Shown here: positions 55,340-64,000 of the stretch, piece by piece
Position numbering within the stretch: the stretch's first letter is position 1
Layout of the letters: the number at the start of each line of letters is the position of its first letter
NCBI GenBank assembly: GCA_017694565.1
Contig: JADIMR010000033.1
Span: 3,501 to 67,500 of the forward strand
DNA from: Candidatus Enterocola intestinipullorum
Lineage (GTDB): Bacteria; Bacteroidota; Bacteroidia; Bacteroidales; Paludibacteraceae
DNA: 64,000 nucleotides
Direction of reading: 5' to 3'
Notes under the pieces: generated by a model
Database searches by the model: none
What the model saw: only the letters and a program-made list of their open reading frames with translations
Told to the model about the DNA's origin: nothing
Position numbers and translations under genes: made by a program

Positions 55340-56263
55340 ATGGAAAAACAGAAGAAAACTTTTTTAACGTCGGAAGTCAAGATAGGCATAGTCGTAGTGC
55401 TTACGATAGCCATTCTGTATTTCGGCTTGAATTATCTCAAAGGGATAAACATTTTCACCCCCAATTCAAGGTATTACGTCCAGTATGAAAGGGTAGACGG
55501 CATAGTCAAGACCACGCACGTGCTCATCAACGGTTACCAAGTGGGACATGTAAGCGACATTCGTTTCGATTACAGCAAGGAAGCCCCCGTAACCCTCGAA
55601 TTGACCTTGGACAAAAAACTGGCAGTTCCGCAAGGCACGATTGCCGAAGTGTACGAAACCGGACTGCTTGGCGACAAAGCCATACAACTGCACTTGGGTC
55701 CAGGTCCCGGAATGTGCACACCGGGCGACACTTTGCAAGCAGCGGTGCAAAACGGTATGCTGACGCAATTGGTGGATGCGATAGTGCCGTCAATGCAAAA
55801 CATCATGCCCGAATTGGATTCGACAGTACAAGCCCTGCGTACCATATTGGAAGACGGCAACATCAAGAAAATAGTAGCCAACACCGAAAAACTTACCGCC
55901 GATTTGAAATACTCCTCGGACAAATTGAAAATACTGATGTCCAAAGATGTTCCATCGGCCGTGCAAGGCATAAACAATCTAAGCGGTTCGCTTACGGGAA
56001 TAGCCTCGGATTTGGGAAAAGTCGATTTGGACTCCACGATGATGGCTTTGGATTCCACGATAAACAACCTGCAATACATTACCGCCCGTCTCAAAAGCCC
56101 GGACAACACATTAGGAGCCTTGTTCAACGACAGCACACTGTACCAGAATTTGGATTCTACCGTCCGCAGTGCGAACCAGTTGCTAATCGACCTGAAAGCA
56201 AACCCGAAACGCTACGTGCATTTCTCGGTGTTCGGCGGCAAGGACAAGAAGGAGAAGAAGTAA
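55340..56263 (+). CDS. MlaD/MCE family protein
   Basis: N-terminal TM helix followed by an MCE domain (VLINGYQVGHVSDI). 307 aa. Confidence 0.85.
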   Translation: MEKQKKTFLTSEVKIGIVVVLTIAILYFGLNYLKGINIFTPNSRYYVQYERVDGIVKTTHVLINGYQVGHVSDIRFDYSKEAPVTLELTLDKKLAVPQGTIAEVYETGLLGDKAIQLHLGPGPGMCTPGDTLQAAVQNGMLTQLVDAIVPSMQNIMPELDSTVQALRTILEDGNIKKIVANTEKLTADLKYSSDKLKILMSKDVPSAVQGINNLSGSLTGIASDLGKVDLDSTMMALDSTINNLQYITARLKSPDNTLGALFNDSTLYQNLDSTVRSANQLLIDLKANPKRYVHFSVFGGKDKKEKK

Positions 56264-56302
56264 AGTCTTACAGCGGCGACAAACCGCACTATCAATAACC
56301 AA

Positions 56303-56337
56303 AAAGGGGTGCGCCTCATCTTGAAGCGCACCCCTTT
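56303..56337. terminator. Bidirectional rho-independent terminator between convergent genes
   Basis: AAAGGGGTGCGC-CTCATCTTGAA-GCGCACCCCTTT, with an A-run upstream and TTTATATTTT downstream. Confidence 0.65.
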
Positions 56338-56362
56338 ATATTTTGATTTGAATTAATCAAGG

Positions 56363-57001
56363 TTATGCTTCCTTTACGCTTGCTTCTTCAAGACATACCG
56401 TCTCGTCGGGGGTTTCACATTCCGATGTCAGGCCTTTGTAGGCGACCGCATTGCAGCCCCACATCACGGGAGCGGCCAACAAGCAGAGTATTATTGTTAT
56501 TATGTTCCCGAAAGTGTCGTTGATGGCATAGCATACGGCCATGATGATTCCCATTGCCAATCCTATGCAAAGCCCCACAAGGAACAATGTAACCTTGTAG
56601 CCGTAGGTAATTTCATTGCTTTTGACCAAAGCTTCTGTCGGGGCGATCTTTTTGTCGAACATGAGGTAGACGGCCATCGACCACGCCAAAGACAATATCA
56701 CGCCGGGAATCCACAAGAACAAGTACGCCAAGCATTGTGCTATGCCTTTAATGCCTATCAATGTGAAAAACTCCGGCATTTGGCGGCGGAAACGCGAATC
56801 GAATATGAACAAGGGATTGATGATATTGCCTTTCGACAATTCCAACGGTATGTTGTAAACGGCTATTGTAGTTCCTACGTTAAGATACGGAATCCAGATA
56901 GTAACAACATAAAGCACGGCTACCAGCAACAATGACGGGAAATTCTTGATTCCCATCGCCAATCCGTCTTTAAGGACGGAATCGAAAGTGATCTTTTTCA
57001 T
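56363..57001 (-). CDS. Hypothetical multi-pass membrane protein
   Basis: 212 aa and four to five hydrophobic helices. No recognisable motif. Confidence 0.5.
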   Translation of the reverse strand: MKKITFDSVLKDGLAMGIKNFPSLLLVAVLYVVTIWIPYLNVGTTIAVYNIPLELSKGNIINPLFIFDSRFRRQMPEFFTLIGIKGIAQCLAYLFLWIPGVILSLAWSMAVYLMFDKKIAPTEALVKSNEITYGYKVTLFLVGLCIGLAMGIIMAVCYAINDTFGNIITIILCLLAAPVMWGCNAVAYKGLTSECETPDETVCLEEASVKEA

Positions 57002-57052
57002 GAATGTAAAAATATTAGTACGCGGAATAGTTAAAAAATTATCATCTTATAC

Positions 57053-57141
57053 AAAGATAATGCAAACGAGGACAGGAACCATCGAGCTTGCTCGAATGGA
57101 CCATGTCAAGTGCAACTTATCTTCTGTAAAGATAATGCAAA
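57053..57141 (+). repeat. Module B diverged copy B6 flanked by a 14-bp direct repeat
   Basis: AAAGATAATGCAAA occurs at 57053-57066 and 57128-57141. Between them: CGAGGACAGGAACCATCGAGC-TT-GCTCGAATGGACCATGTCAAGTGCAAC, which aligns with the B2 core. Confidence 0.7.
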
Positions 57142-57241
57142 ATTCTTATTCCGTATAAATGCCCGTTTCATTGAGTCCAATCACTTTTTTGAAATGAAGT
57201 GTTTACCAGTGGTTACGTATTCTACACTGTCGGTGTATATT

Positions 57242-58072
57242 TCACAGACGGTAAAATTCCTGCTTGATGATGCGCAACGCTTTGATAGCGGCAGGGAAAC
57301 CGATGTAAGGCAGGCATTGGATAACTGCTGCGGTCAAGATTTCGGGCGAGTTGCCGGCGTTGATATTGCCATGATAATGCGAATGGAGCTGGCTCTCGGC
57401 TTCCAAGGTGGCCAGTACGCAATAGCCCAACAGCTCGCGTGTCTGCAAGTCAAGTGCGCCACGGCTGTATATCTCGCCGAAAAGATAATCCGTAAGGAAC
57501 TGTTCCACGTCCTTGCCCATATCGCCGGGCACACCTTCCATCACCGAGGCGATGCCGCCGGGATAAAGTTTGTCCTGAATGGCTTTGCCTGTCTCGTGGC
57601 GTGTTTTCTCAGTCACTGTACCTTGCTTTTCCAACGGCAAGGAAATTCCTCGTTCCTTGAACACCTCGTTCACCGCTGACACTGCATTCAGCATCTTTGG
57701 GAATCCGATGAACGGAGCCGTAAGATACATCACCTCACGCAGTTCTTCGGGAGATACACCCACATTAGGTGCCGCCCCGGCATGTGCTTTCAGTTGCGGG
57801 AGCGTCTGCATCGTGGCAAGGGTGATACAGGTAATCATTTCGCGCTGCTTCAATGTAAGGCCGCCCGTCTGGAACACTTCGCCGAAGATGAACTTTTGAA
57901 GGATATCCATCATTTCCGGATCCGTACCCTGCCCTGTAAGGGCTTCACCGCCGAACAGGGTGCGGTAATTCTGCTTGCAAACTTCTATTCTATCCATATT
58001 GTCTGTCGTTTGTGCCATCGCGGACATATTTCCTGCCAGCACGAGGGCGATTAGTGCTATTATACTCTTCAT
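57242..58072 (-). CDS. Carboxymuconolactone decarboxylase (AhpD-like) family protein, tandem-domain, secreted
   Basis: Signal peptide MKSIIALIALVLAGNMSAMA. Two CMD-like repeats (LTLKQREMITCITLATM / LDLQTRELLGYCVLATL). Confidence 0.8.
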   Translation of the reverse strand: MKSIIALIALVLAGNMSAMAQTTDNMDRIEVCKQNYRTLFGGEALTGQGTDPEMMDILQKFIFGEVFQTGGLTLKQREMITCITLATMQTLPQLKAHAGAAPNVGVSPEELREVMYLTAPFIGFPKMLNAVSAVNEVFKERGISLPLEKQGTVTEKTRHETGKAIQDKLYPGGIASVMEGVPGDMGKDVEQFLTDYLFGEIYSRGALDLQTRELLGYCVLATLEAESQLHSHYHGNINAGNSPEILTAAVIQCLPYIGFPAAIKALRIIKQEFYRL

Positions 58073-58073
58073 G

Positions 58074-58286
58074 TTATCTCGATTTTATGTTCGTAATCGT
58101 ATCTTCTTTAACCTGTCCGGACAATCCATTGAGTATCTCCACTTCGTTAGCCTCCAAGGGTATGGATGTCTCCCCGTAAAGGAAATAACGCAGCAACTGT
58201 TGCGGTGTTACGTGGTAGCGGTCAGCAATGAAACACACAGCTTCGTCAGTACATAAGGCTTCCGGCAATTCATTAATTTTTTCCAT
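58074..58286 (-). CDS. Small hypothetical protein upstream of the CMD gene
   Basis: 70 aa, 1-nt gap to the downstream gene. No motif. Confidence 0.4.
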   Translation of the reverse strand: MEKINELPEALCTDEAVCFIADRYHVTPQQLLRYFLYGETSIPLEANEVEILNGLSGQVKEDTITNIKSR

Positions 58287-58446
58287 TATAAAATTATCGT
58301 TTGACTATTACAAAATAACAGCAGAATAGAAAGACGACATGTATTTATATGCAGGCAAAACTAACCATTTTCACTGAAATTGCCATTTCTCGTTTTACAT
58401 TGTCCGAGTAATGTCTTATCTTTAATGTCGGCTTAATAAATGAAGG

Positions 58447-59343
58447 ATGGGCAACATACTGAAAGTAAAGAATGTCAATGACTATGGCAAATACGTCGGA
58501 TGTGCGGAACAGCATCCGTTGGTGTGCGTAATCGATTATGCAGCAGTGTCTCCGGTACGCAGCAGCCTGAATGATTACAGCGTGTACGGAATCTTTTTTC
58601 ATGACGAAGCGGAGTTGGAATTGGCATACGGCCGAGGCAAATACGATTACAAGCAAGGGACGGTCATCTGCGTGGCTCCGGGACAGATAGGCGGGAAAGA
58701 GGACGATGGCAGGGAAATAGAACTGACAGGTTGGGCATTGCTCTTCCATCCTGATTTGCTACACGGCTTTCCTTTGGAAAAGAACATAAAGGATTATTCA
58801 TTCTTCGATTACCGCATCAACGAGGCCCTGCACATGACATACGAGGAACAAGAAATACTTGTTTCCCTGATGCGGCAGATACAAACGGAACTGTCGGGCA
58901 AACATGACGAACTTCAAAATGCCATAATCGTCGGCTACATAGAGTTGGTATTGAATTTCTGCCGGAGATTCTACAACCGCCAGTTCATGACCCGGAAGAT
59001 AGAAAACTCGGACATACTCGTCCGCTTCGACCGGCTGCTCCGCGACTATTTCGAAGACAAGCTCCAATTGACACTCGGTATGCCTACCGTCCAATATTGC
59101 GCCGACAAATTGTGCATGTCGCCCAACTATTTCGGAGATGTGATAAAAAAGACTACGGGAGATACGGCGAGCAACCATATTCGACGCTTCGTTATCCAAA
59201 TGGCGAAAAACGGGCTTGCCGCCGGGGAAACCGTCTCGCAAGTATCCGACCGCCTCGGTTTCGAATACCCGCAGCATTTCTGCCGCATGTTCAAGAAACA
59301 GGAGGGCATCCCTCCTTCGGAATATTGCCAAAGACTGCGTTGA
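58447..59343 (+). CDS. AraC family transcriptional regulator
   Basis: C-terminal double HTH (YCADKLCMSPNYFGDVIKK...LGFEYPQHFCRMFKK). Confidence 0.88.
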   Translation: MGNILKVKNVNDYGKYVGCAEQHPLVCVIDYAAVSPVRSSLNDYSVYGIFFHDEAELELAYGRGKYDYKQGTVICVAPGQIGGKEDDGREIELTGWALLFHPDLLHGFPLEKNIKDYSFFDYRINEALHMTYEEQEILVSLMRQIQTELSGKHDELQNAIIVGYIELVLNFCRRFYNRQFMTRKIENSDILVRFDRLLRDYFEDKLQLTLGMPTVQYCADKLCMSPNYFGDVIKKTTGDTASNHIRRFVIQMAKNGLAAGETVSQVSDRLGFEYPQHFCRMFKKQEGIPPSEYCQRLR

Positions 59344-59910
59344 TCATATATGCTTGACCACCCTTGCCGGCACTCCGACCGCGACCGTACCGGCAGGTAT
59401 GTCGCCAGTAACGACCGCCCCTGCGCCAATCACGGCATTGTCGCCTATGGTTACGCCTTGCAGGATTGTGGCGTTGGATCCGACCCAGACATTCTTCCCA
59501 AGAACGATTGGCGCGGAATAGGTCATCTTGCGTTTTTGGGGCTCCAAAAAATGGTTGAGCGTGGCAAACACCACATTGTGCCCGATTTGGCAGCCGTCCC
59601 CGATGGTTACGCCGCCATGATCCTGGAAATGGCAGCAGGCATTGATAAACACGTTTTCCCCGACTTCGATGTTCTTCCCGAAGTCGGTATAAAAAGGCGG
59701 GAACACACGGAGCGTGGCAGGAACGGTTTTCCCGAACAATTCTGACAAAATGTCCCTGGTTTCTTCCGGAGTATGATAGGCCGAGTTCAACCGGAAAGTG
59801 ATTTTCCGGGCCTCTCCGCCCATCTTGTCCATGAACAGATGTATGTCTTCCGTGTCAAGCGGCTTGCCGGTCTTCACGAAATCCTTGAATTCTTCGAGAG
59901 TCATAATCAT
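59344..59910 (-). CDS. Sugar O-acetyltransferase (maltose/galactoside acetyltransferase-like, hexapeptide repeat)
   Basis: Mac-like N-terminus and LbH repeats (GSNATILQGVTIGDNAVIGAGAVVTGDIPAGTVAVGVPARV). Its stop abuts the araC-like stop (TGATCA). Confidence 0.88.
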   Translation of the reverse strand: MIMTLEEFKDFVKTGKPLDTEDIHLFMDKMGGEARKITFRLNSAYHTPEETRDILSELFGKTVPATLRVFPPFYTDFGKNIEVGENVFINACCHFQDHGGVTIGDGCQIGHNVVFATLNHFLEPQKRKMTYSAPIVLGKNVWVGSNATILQGVTIGDNAVIGAGAVVTGDIPAGTVAVGVPARVVKHI

Positions 59911-60416
59911 TTTTCCAATAAGTCATATTCTTCGTCCGTTACGGGTTCCAACCATTCGTTTGACGTGTTTTCTCCCGGAATCTCAAAAGCAAGGTGCGCG
60001 AACCAACTGTCAGCCGCCGCACCGTGCCAGTGCTTCACATTAGCCGGGATGTGGATAACATCGCCCGGAAGAATCCGCACGGCAGGCTTGCCTTCTTCCT
60101 GATACCAGCCCTTGCCCGCCACGCATACAAGCATCTGGCCGCCACCTTTGGTGGCATGGTGGATGTGCCAGTTGTTGCGGCAACGCGGCTCGAAAGTGAC
60201 GTTATTGAAAGGTATCTGTTCTTTGGATATCGGAGCCAGATAGCTGTTGCCGATGAAATACTTTGCGTAAGCAGTGTTCGGTTCGCCGATGGGGAATATC
60301 ATCTCGCGCTGGAAAGCAGCCTTTTCGTCCGCTACGGTTTCTGTAATCTTTTCCTGTGCCATAATTCCTTGAATATTGGTAATTGTCGCCATTAATAATA
60401 AAATTGCCTTTTTCAT
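59907..60416 (-). CDS. Cupin domain protein with signal peptide
   Basis: WHIHHATKGGGQML and IPANVKHWHGA cupin motifs. ATGA overlap with the acetyltransferase gene. Confidence 0.8.
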   Translation of the reverse strand: MKKAILLLMATITNIQGIMAQEKITETVADEKAAFQREMIFPIGEPNTAYAKYFIGNSYLAPISKEQIPFNNVTFEPRCRNNWHIHHATKGGGQMLVCVAGKGWYQEEGKPAVRILPGDVIHIPANVKHWHGAAADSWFAHLAFEIPGENTSNEWLEPVTDEEYDLLEK

Positions 60417-60526
60417 TCAATGTGTTGATTTTGCCATTTGAGTTTCTGCAAAGATAAGGCTGCACGCCTAGCGGCCGAACAAACAAAACCACCGCATTTG
60501 TAACAATTTTACAGAAAATGCAGCCC

Positions 60527-60979
60527 CTACCGCTTTCTCATCTCCAAGATAGGAAAATGGTTGCCTTCGTTGTCGTATTCGTTACGATTGAAAGTCTCGA
60601 AACCCATGCGTCCGTAAAACTTTGCAGCTCCGGAATTCTGCTCGTTGACATCCACATATTCCACTTGCAATTCGCGTAATGCACGTTCCACAAGCATCCG
60701 CACCAATCCCTTGCGGATATATGCCGGATGAAGGAACAACATCTCGATTTTGCGCTCCTGCACGCCCATGAAACCGACGGGGGATTGTCCGTCCTGCAAC
60801 ACCCACAAGGTTTCTATATGCCGCAAGGCTTCTTCGGCTTGCGGAGCCAAGCGGACAATATCCTTTTCCGTCAAAAAATGATGGGTAGCACGCACGGACG
60901 CTTCCCAAACATCCAATAATTTACCAACGCACTCGGGACTGCGCTGCCCTTTTCCTAATGCCACGATGTCTATTGCCAT
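60527..60979 (-). CDS. GNAT family N-acetyltransferase
   Basis: The ATG at 60979 gives 150 aa. The acetyl-CoA loop region is IRKGLVRMLVERAL. The track ORF extends to 61123 without support. Confidence 0.85.
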   Translation of the reverse strand: MAIDIVALGKGQRSPECVGKLLDVWEASVRATHHFLTEKDIVRLAPQAEEALRHIETLWVLQDGQSPVGFMGVQERKIEMLFLHPAYIRKGLVRMLVERALRELQVEYVDVNEQNSGAAKFYGRMGFETFNRNEYDNEGNHFPILEMRKR

Positions 60980-61061
60980 GCCTCGATTTTTATTTTTGTA
61001 AATATAGTGGGAATCGTGAAACATGCCAAGCATCATTTCCCCATAGTCTCCTTCACCCTCG

Positions 61062-61226
61062 TCAGCAGAGCCGGGATTGCATCTGCGGATTGTAATTGAG
61101 TATGTCTTTCGACAACTGCACACTCGCCGCCTGCCTTTCCGCTTCTTGCGCGATGACTTTCGGACCGCCCACCGCTCCTACGGCTGCGGCAATAAGCCCG
61201 CTTTTTATAAAATCCCGCCTGTTCAT
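61062..61226 (-). CDS. Mini-ORF with twin-arginine signal (possible gene remnant)
   Basis: MNRRDFIKSGLIAAAVGAVGGPKVIA..., only 54 aa. It may be a relic of a Tat-exported enzyme. Confidence 0.3.
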   Translation of the reverse strand: MNRRDFIKSGLIAAAVGAVGGPKVIAQEAERQAASVQLSKDILNYNPQMQSRLC

Positions 61227-61428
61227 GATAATACCTGATTTTATATGCCGCAAATCACACGTGCTGCACAATCATCTTTGCTTTCGATTGCATGGAATCC
61301 GTATGATTTGCATACTCTTTTTAAAAACAAAAATAACGGAAGCGGGCATTATGCAAGTGAACGATTTCTTGGGGATTCGTAATGATTTTACCGATAAAAA
61401 CTATCTTTGTAAAAGTTTAATCAAAACC

Positions 61429-62817
61429 ATGACAGACGAAAAAACCATTTGCGCGGTTTCCACCCCTGCCGGAACAGGAGGAGTGGCAATGATAAGGATT
61501 TCCGGAACAGATGCGATAGACATAGCAGGCAAATTCTTCAACGCAAAGAAGAAATTCGCTGATATTCCGGCACGACATGCCGCTTTCGGCATATTTACCG
61601 ACTTGCAAGGCAAGGAAGTGGACGAATGCCTGTTCACCCCGTTCAAAGCACCGCACTCTTTCACCGGGGAAAACATGGTTGAAATCTGCTGCCACGGTTC
61701 GGCCTACATACAAAAACACATTGTGGAATGCCTCATAGACGGTGGCTGCCACCCCGCACTGCCCGGAGAATTTACCAAACGGGCGTTCCTCAATGGGAAG
61801 ATGGACCTTACACAAGCCGAAGCCGTCGCCGACCTCATAGCCTCCGATTCGGCTGCGGCAAACAGCCTTGCACTTACCCAATTACGCGGCGGGGTATCAA
61901 ACGAACTGCTTGCCTTGCGCGGCAAACTGCTCGATTTCACATCATTGATAGAACTGGAACTCGATTTCAGCGAAGAAGACGTGGAATTTGCCGACCGCAA
62001 AAGACTTTCCGCACTCGCGGACGAAATCGAGGAAAAAATCGATAAACTATGTTCGTCTTTTTCCACCGGGAACGCCATCAAGAACGGCATACCCGTGGCG
62101 ATAGTGGGCGAAACGAATGCTGGAAAATCCACCCTGCTCAACTTGCTTGTCGGAGAAGAACGCGCCATAGTAACCGACATACACGGCACAACACGCGACC
62201 TCATCGAAGATACCGCGCAAATCGGCGGATTCCTGTTCCGCTTCATAGATACCGCAGGCATACGCCAAACCGAAGACATTGTTGAAAACATCGGTATAAA
62301 ACGCAGCTATGCCGCAATGGAAAAAGCCGCCGTCATAGTGTGGCTGATAGACTGCACCTCTGTAAACGAACATATAGAATGGATGGCTAGCAGGATAATC
62401 CCGCGCACGGAAGGCAAAAAACTGCTGCTGGCATTCAACAAAATGGACAAAATAGACGACGAGGAAAAAAACATCCTCGACAACCTGTTTTCCGATATAG
62501 ACGCTCCCCGCGTTTACATTTCAGCCAAACACAAGCAAAACTTGGAAGCCTTCGAACAAATGCTTTTGGATGCAGCAGGAGTACGCAACTTAGGCACCGA
62601 CAGCGTGCTGCTTAGCAATGCCCGCCATTACGAAGCCCTCAGTTCGGCACTCGTTGCCATTCGCAAAGTAAAAACGGGGCTTTCCGACAGGCTGTCGGGA
62701 GAACTGCTCAGCTTGGACCTGCACGACTGCCTCGACGCCATCGGCTCAGTAACCGGCGAAATCAGCTCGCAGGAAATTTTGAACACCATATTCGAGAGGT
62801 TTTGCATCGGAAAATAG
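61429..62817 (+). CDS. mnmE: tRNA modification GTPase
   Basis: The ATG at 61429 gives MTDEKTICAVSTPAGTGGVAMIRISG. G motifs GETNAGKST and DTAGIR. Hallmark C-terminal FCIGK. Confidence 0.95.
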   Translation: MTDEKTICAVSTPAGTGGVAMIRISGTDAIDIAGKFFNAKKKFADIPARHAAFGIFTDLQGKEVDECLFTPFKAPHSFTGENMVEICCHGSAYIQKHIVECLIDGGCHPALPGEFTKRAFLNGKMDLTQAEAVADLIASDSAAANSLALTQLRGGVSNELLALRGKLLDFTSLIELELDFSEEDVEFADRKRLSALADEIEEKIDKLCSSFSTGNAIKNGIPVAIVGETNAGKSTLLNLLVGEERAIVTDIHGTTRDLIEDTAQIGGFLFRFIDTAGIRQTEDIVENIGIKRSYAAMEKAAVIVWLIDCTSVNEHIEWMASRIIPRTEGKKLLLAFNKMDKIDDEEKNILDNLFSDIDAPRVYISAKHKQNLEAFEQMLLDAAGVRNLGTDSVLLSNARHYEALSSALVAIRKVKTGLSDRLSGELLSLDLHDCLDAIGSVTGEISSQEILNTIFERFCIGK

Positions 62818-63086
62818 GGTAAGTGGTTGGAGGTTACAAATAGTTGATGAACCATAATCTATTTTTATCACAAAGTTCTGATGAAATATACTGTTGTTTT
62901 ATTCATGGTACTATTGTGTTAATACAAAGAATTATACGGAATAGGAAGAGCATCCATACAACAGTAGAGAAGTAATAAGAAGTACCCTCCCCATCAGATA
63001 ACACGCAACCGCATGGATGCTTTGCGAGAATACATTCATGGCCATAGGACGAGTACCACTAGACATTTACCCGAGAGACTATTCCG

Positions 63087-63647
63087 GTGGTATATGAACG
63101 GAAAAAAGATATTCTCCATGGATATGCGCTCCTCAAAGTAAATACCAAATACAAGGCTTCCGAACTGGGAGTAGCCCGTAACCTGATGATTTCCAAACTT
63201 CCCCGAACCTGGCAAAAGCTACACTACCGGGAGAGACTTGCCGCTCAGGTCAACATCTCTCAAATCCATCGACCGGAACCTGTTCAAAGACCGGTAGCCG
63301 ATATGGACTATACTCACTATCGTTCCGGCTCGGTGTCATACACGCTTTCTTCCCATAGCGGAACGGGACAGCGTTTCTATATCCCGGAGCGGGTACTTGA
63401 CTATTTCAACGATGAGTTTGACTATCGGGAGGTTGCCAACAGCAGCGAGCTGACCGACATTGCCGTAGCACTCTTTGTCGGAATGCTTGATACGCCCGCC
63501 GTATCTGACGGAGGTGGTGGCGGAGGTTCGCAAAGCGATCTTCCCTGGCGAGACAAGGACGATGACGACCTGCAATGGGCCCGCCGCTGTGCACGTGCTG
63601 CTACCCTCCTATTGGGCAAGAAACCGAGAACAGGATTAAGACGATAA
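63087..63647 (+). CDS. Hypothetical protein (GTG start in the track; uncertain)
   Basis: 186 aa with a G7 run and an acidic DKDDDD stretch. No recognisable domain. The first in-frame ATG is 33 codons in. Confidence 0.3.
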   Translation: MVYERKKDILHGYALLKVNTKYKASELGVARNLMISKLPRTWQKLHYRERLAAQVNISQIHRPEPVQRPVADMDYTHYRSGSVSYTLSSHSGTGQRFYIPERVLDYFNDEFDYREVANSSELTDIAVALFVGMLDTPAVSDGGGGGGSQSDLPWRDKDDDDLQWARRCARAATLLLGKKPRTGLRR

Positions 63648-64000
63648 AGTCATGAAACAAGCATACAAAAAGCGGCCGCCTCGTGCGACCGCTAATAGTC
63701 CGCCAGGATTGCCGGATATGGGAGAAATTACTTTATAAATCTGGCAAATTTATAAAGTGCCACTTCCTATTTTGCATCTTTTTCACATATCGATCGTATA
63801 TTCCACAGCAAATATAAGACATATTTGTTGTAATTGTCTTAACTTTGTATATTTCAAATCAATATGCTGAATGCAGCCCATTATATTGCGTTGCGACATC
63901 ATCAGCGCTTTGATTATTAATACACAGATATGGCACGTTGTCTATATAATTCCACAATCCGCAAATTTCTGCAGTTGTCCCCCGAGGCACTGTTAGGACA

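Noticed and set aside
61096-61428. 111-codon N-terminal extension of mnmE in the ORF track
   Set aside because: The extension is hydrophobic and low-complexity and overlaps the opposite-strand Tat mini-ORF. The canonical MnmE N-terminus (MTDEKTICAVSTPAG) starts at 61429.
63859-63999. 46-codon ORF tail on the minus strand running out of the right window edge
   Set aside because: It is too short and has no motifs, so it cannot be supported from this window alone.
1-64000. tRNA, rRNA, tmRNA, RNase P and SRP RNA genes; transposases, integrases and prophage genes
   Set aside because: No cloverleaf-like or conserved RNA signatures were seen in the intergenic gaps, and no ORF shows DDE, tyrosine-recombinase or serine-recombinase motifs. 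Absence is by eye only.

Overview
This 64-kb chromosomal window has Bacteroidales/Bacteroidota-type gene content: single-chain purL, dxs, folE-queE-queD-folD, ffh, tkt, rfbB, pepT, a TonB-dependent receptor, an LptD-like outer-membrane protein, SPOR-domain proteins and candidate TAnnTTTG -7 boxes. About 55 protein genes are supported. All names come from motif recognition by eye; no database search was possible. The accessory part is a complete type I CRISPR-Cas locus (23172-33369). Its minus-strand effector operon runs in the unusual order cas6-cas5-cas3-(433-aa unrecognisable large-subunit candidate)-cas7. It is divergent from cas4-cas1-cas2 and a 34-repeat/33-spacer array with the 29-nt AT-rich repeat CTATTAATGCTACTATATAGAATTGAAAT. 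I saw no rRNA or tRNA genes, transposases or integrases. The second notable layer is non-coding. Many intergenic gaps are filled by a modular family of hairpin-rich repeats, here called modules A, B and C, plus 7-nt periodic tracts and GAA-triloop/GCGAAGC mini-hairpins. Stem sequences differ between copies while pairing is kept. A 94-bp perfect inverted pair brackets queE-queD-folD. Two genes have their stop codon at the exact centre of a 44-52-bp perfect palindrome.
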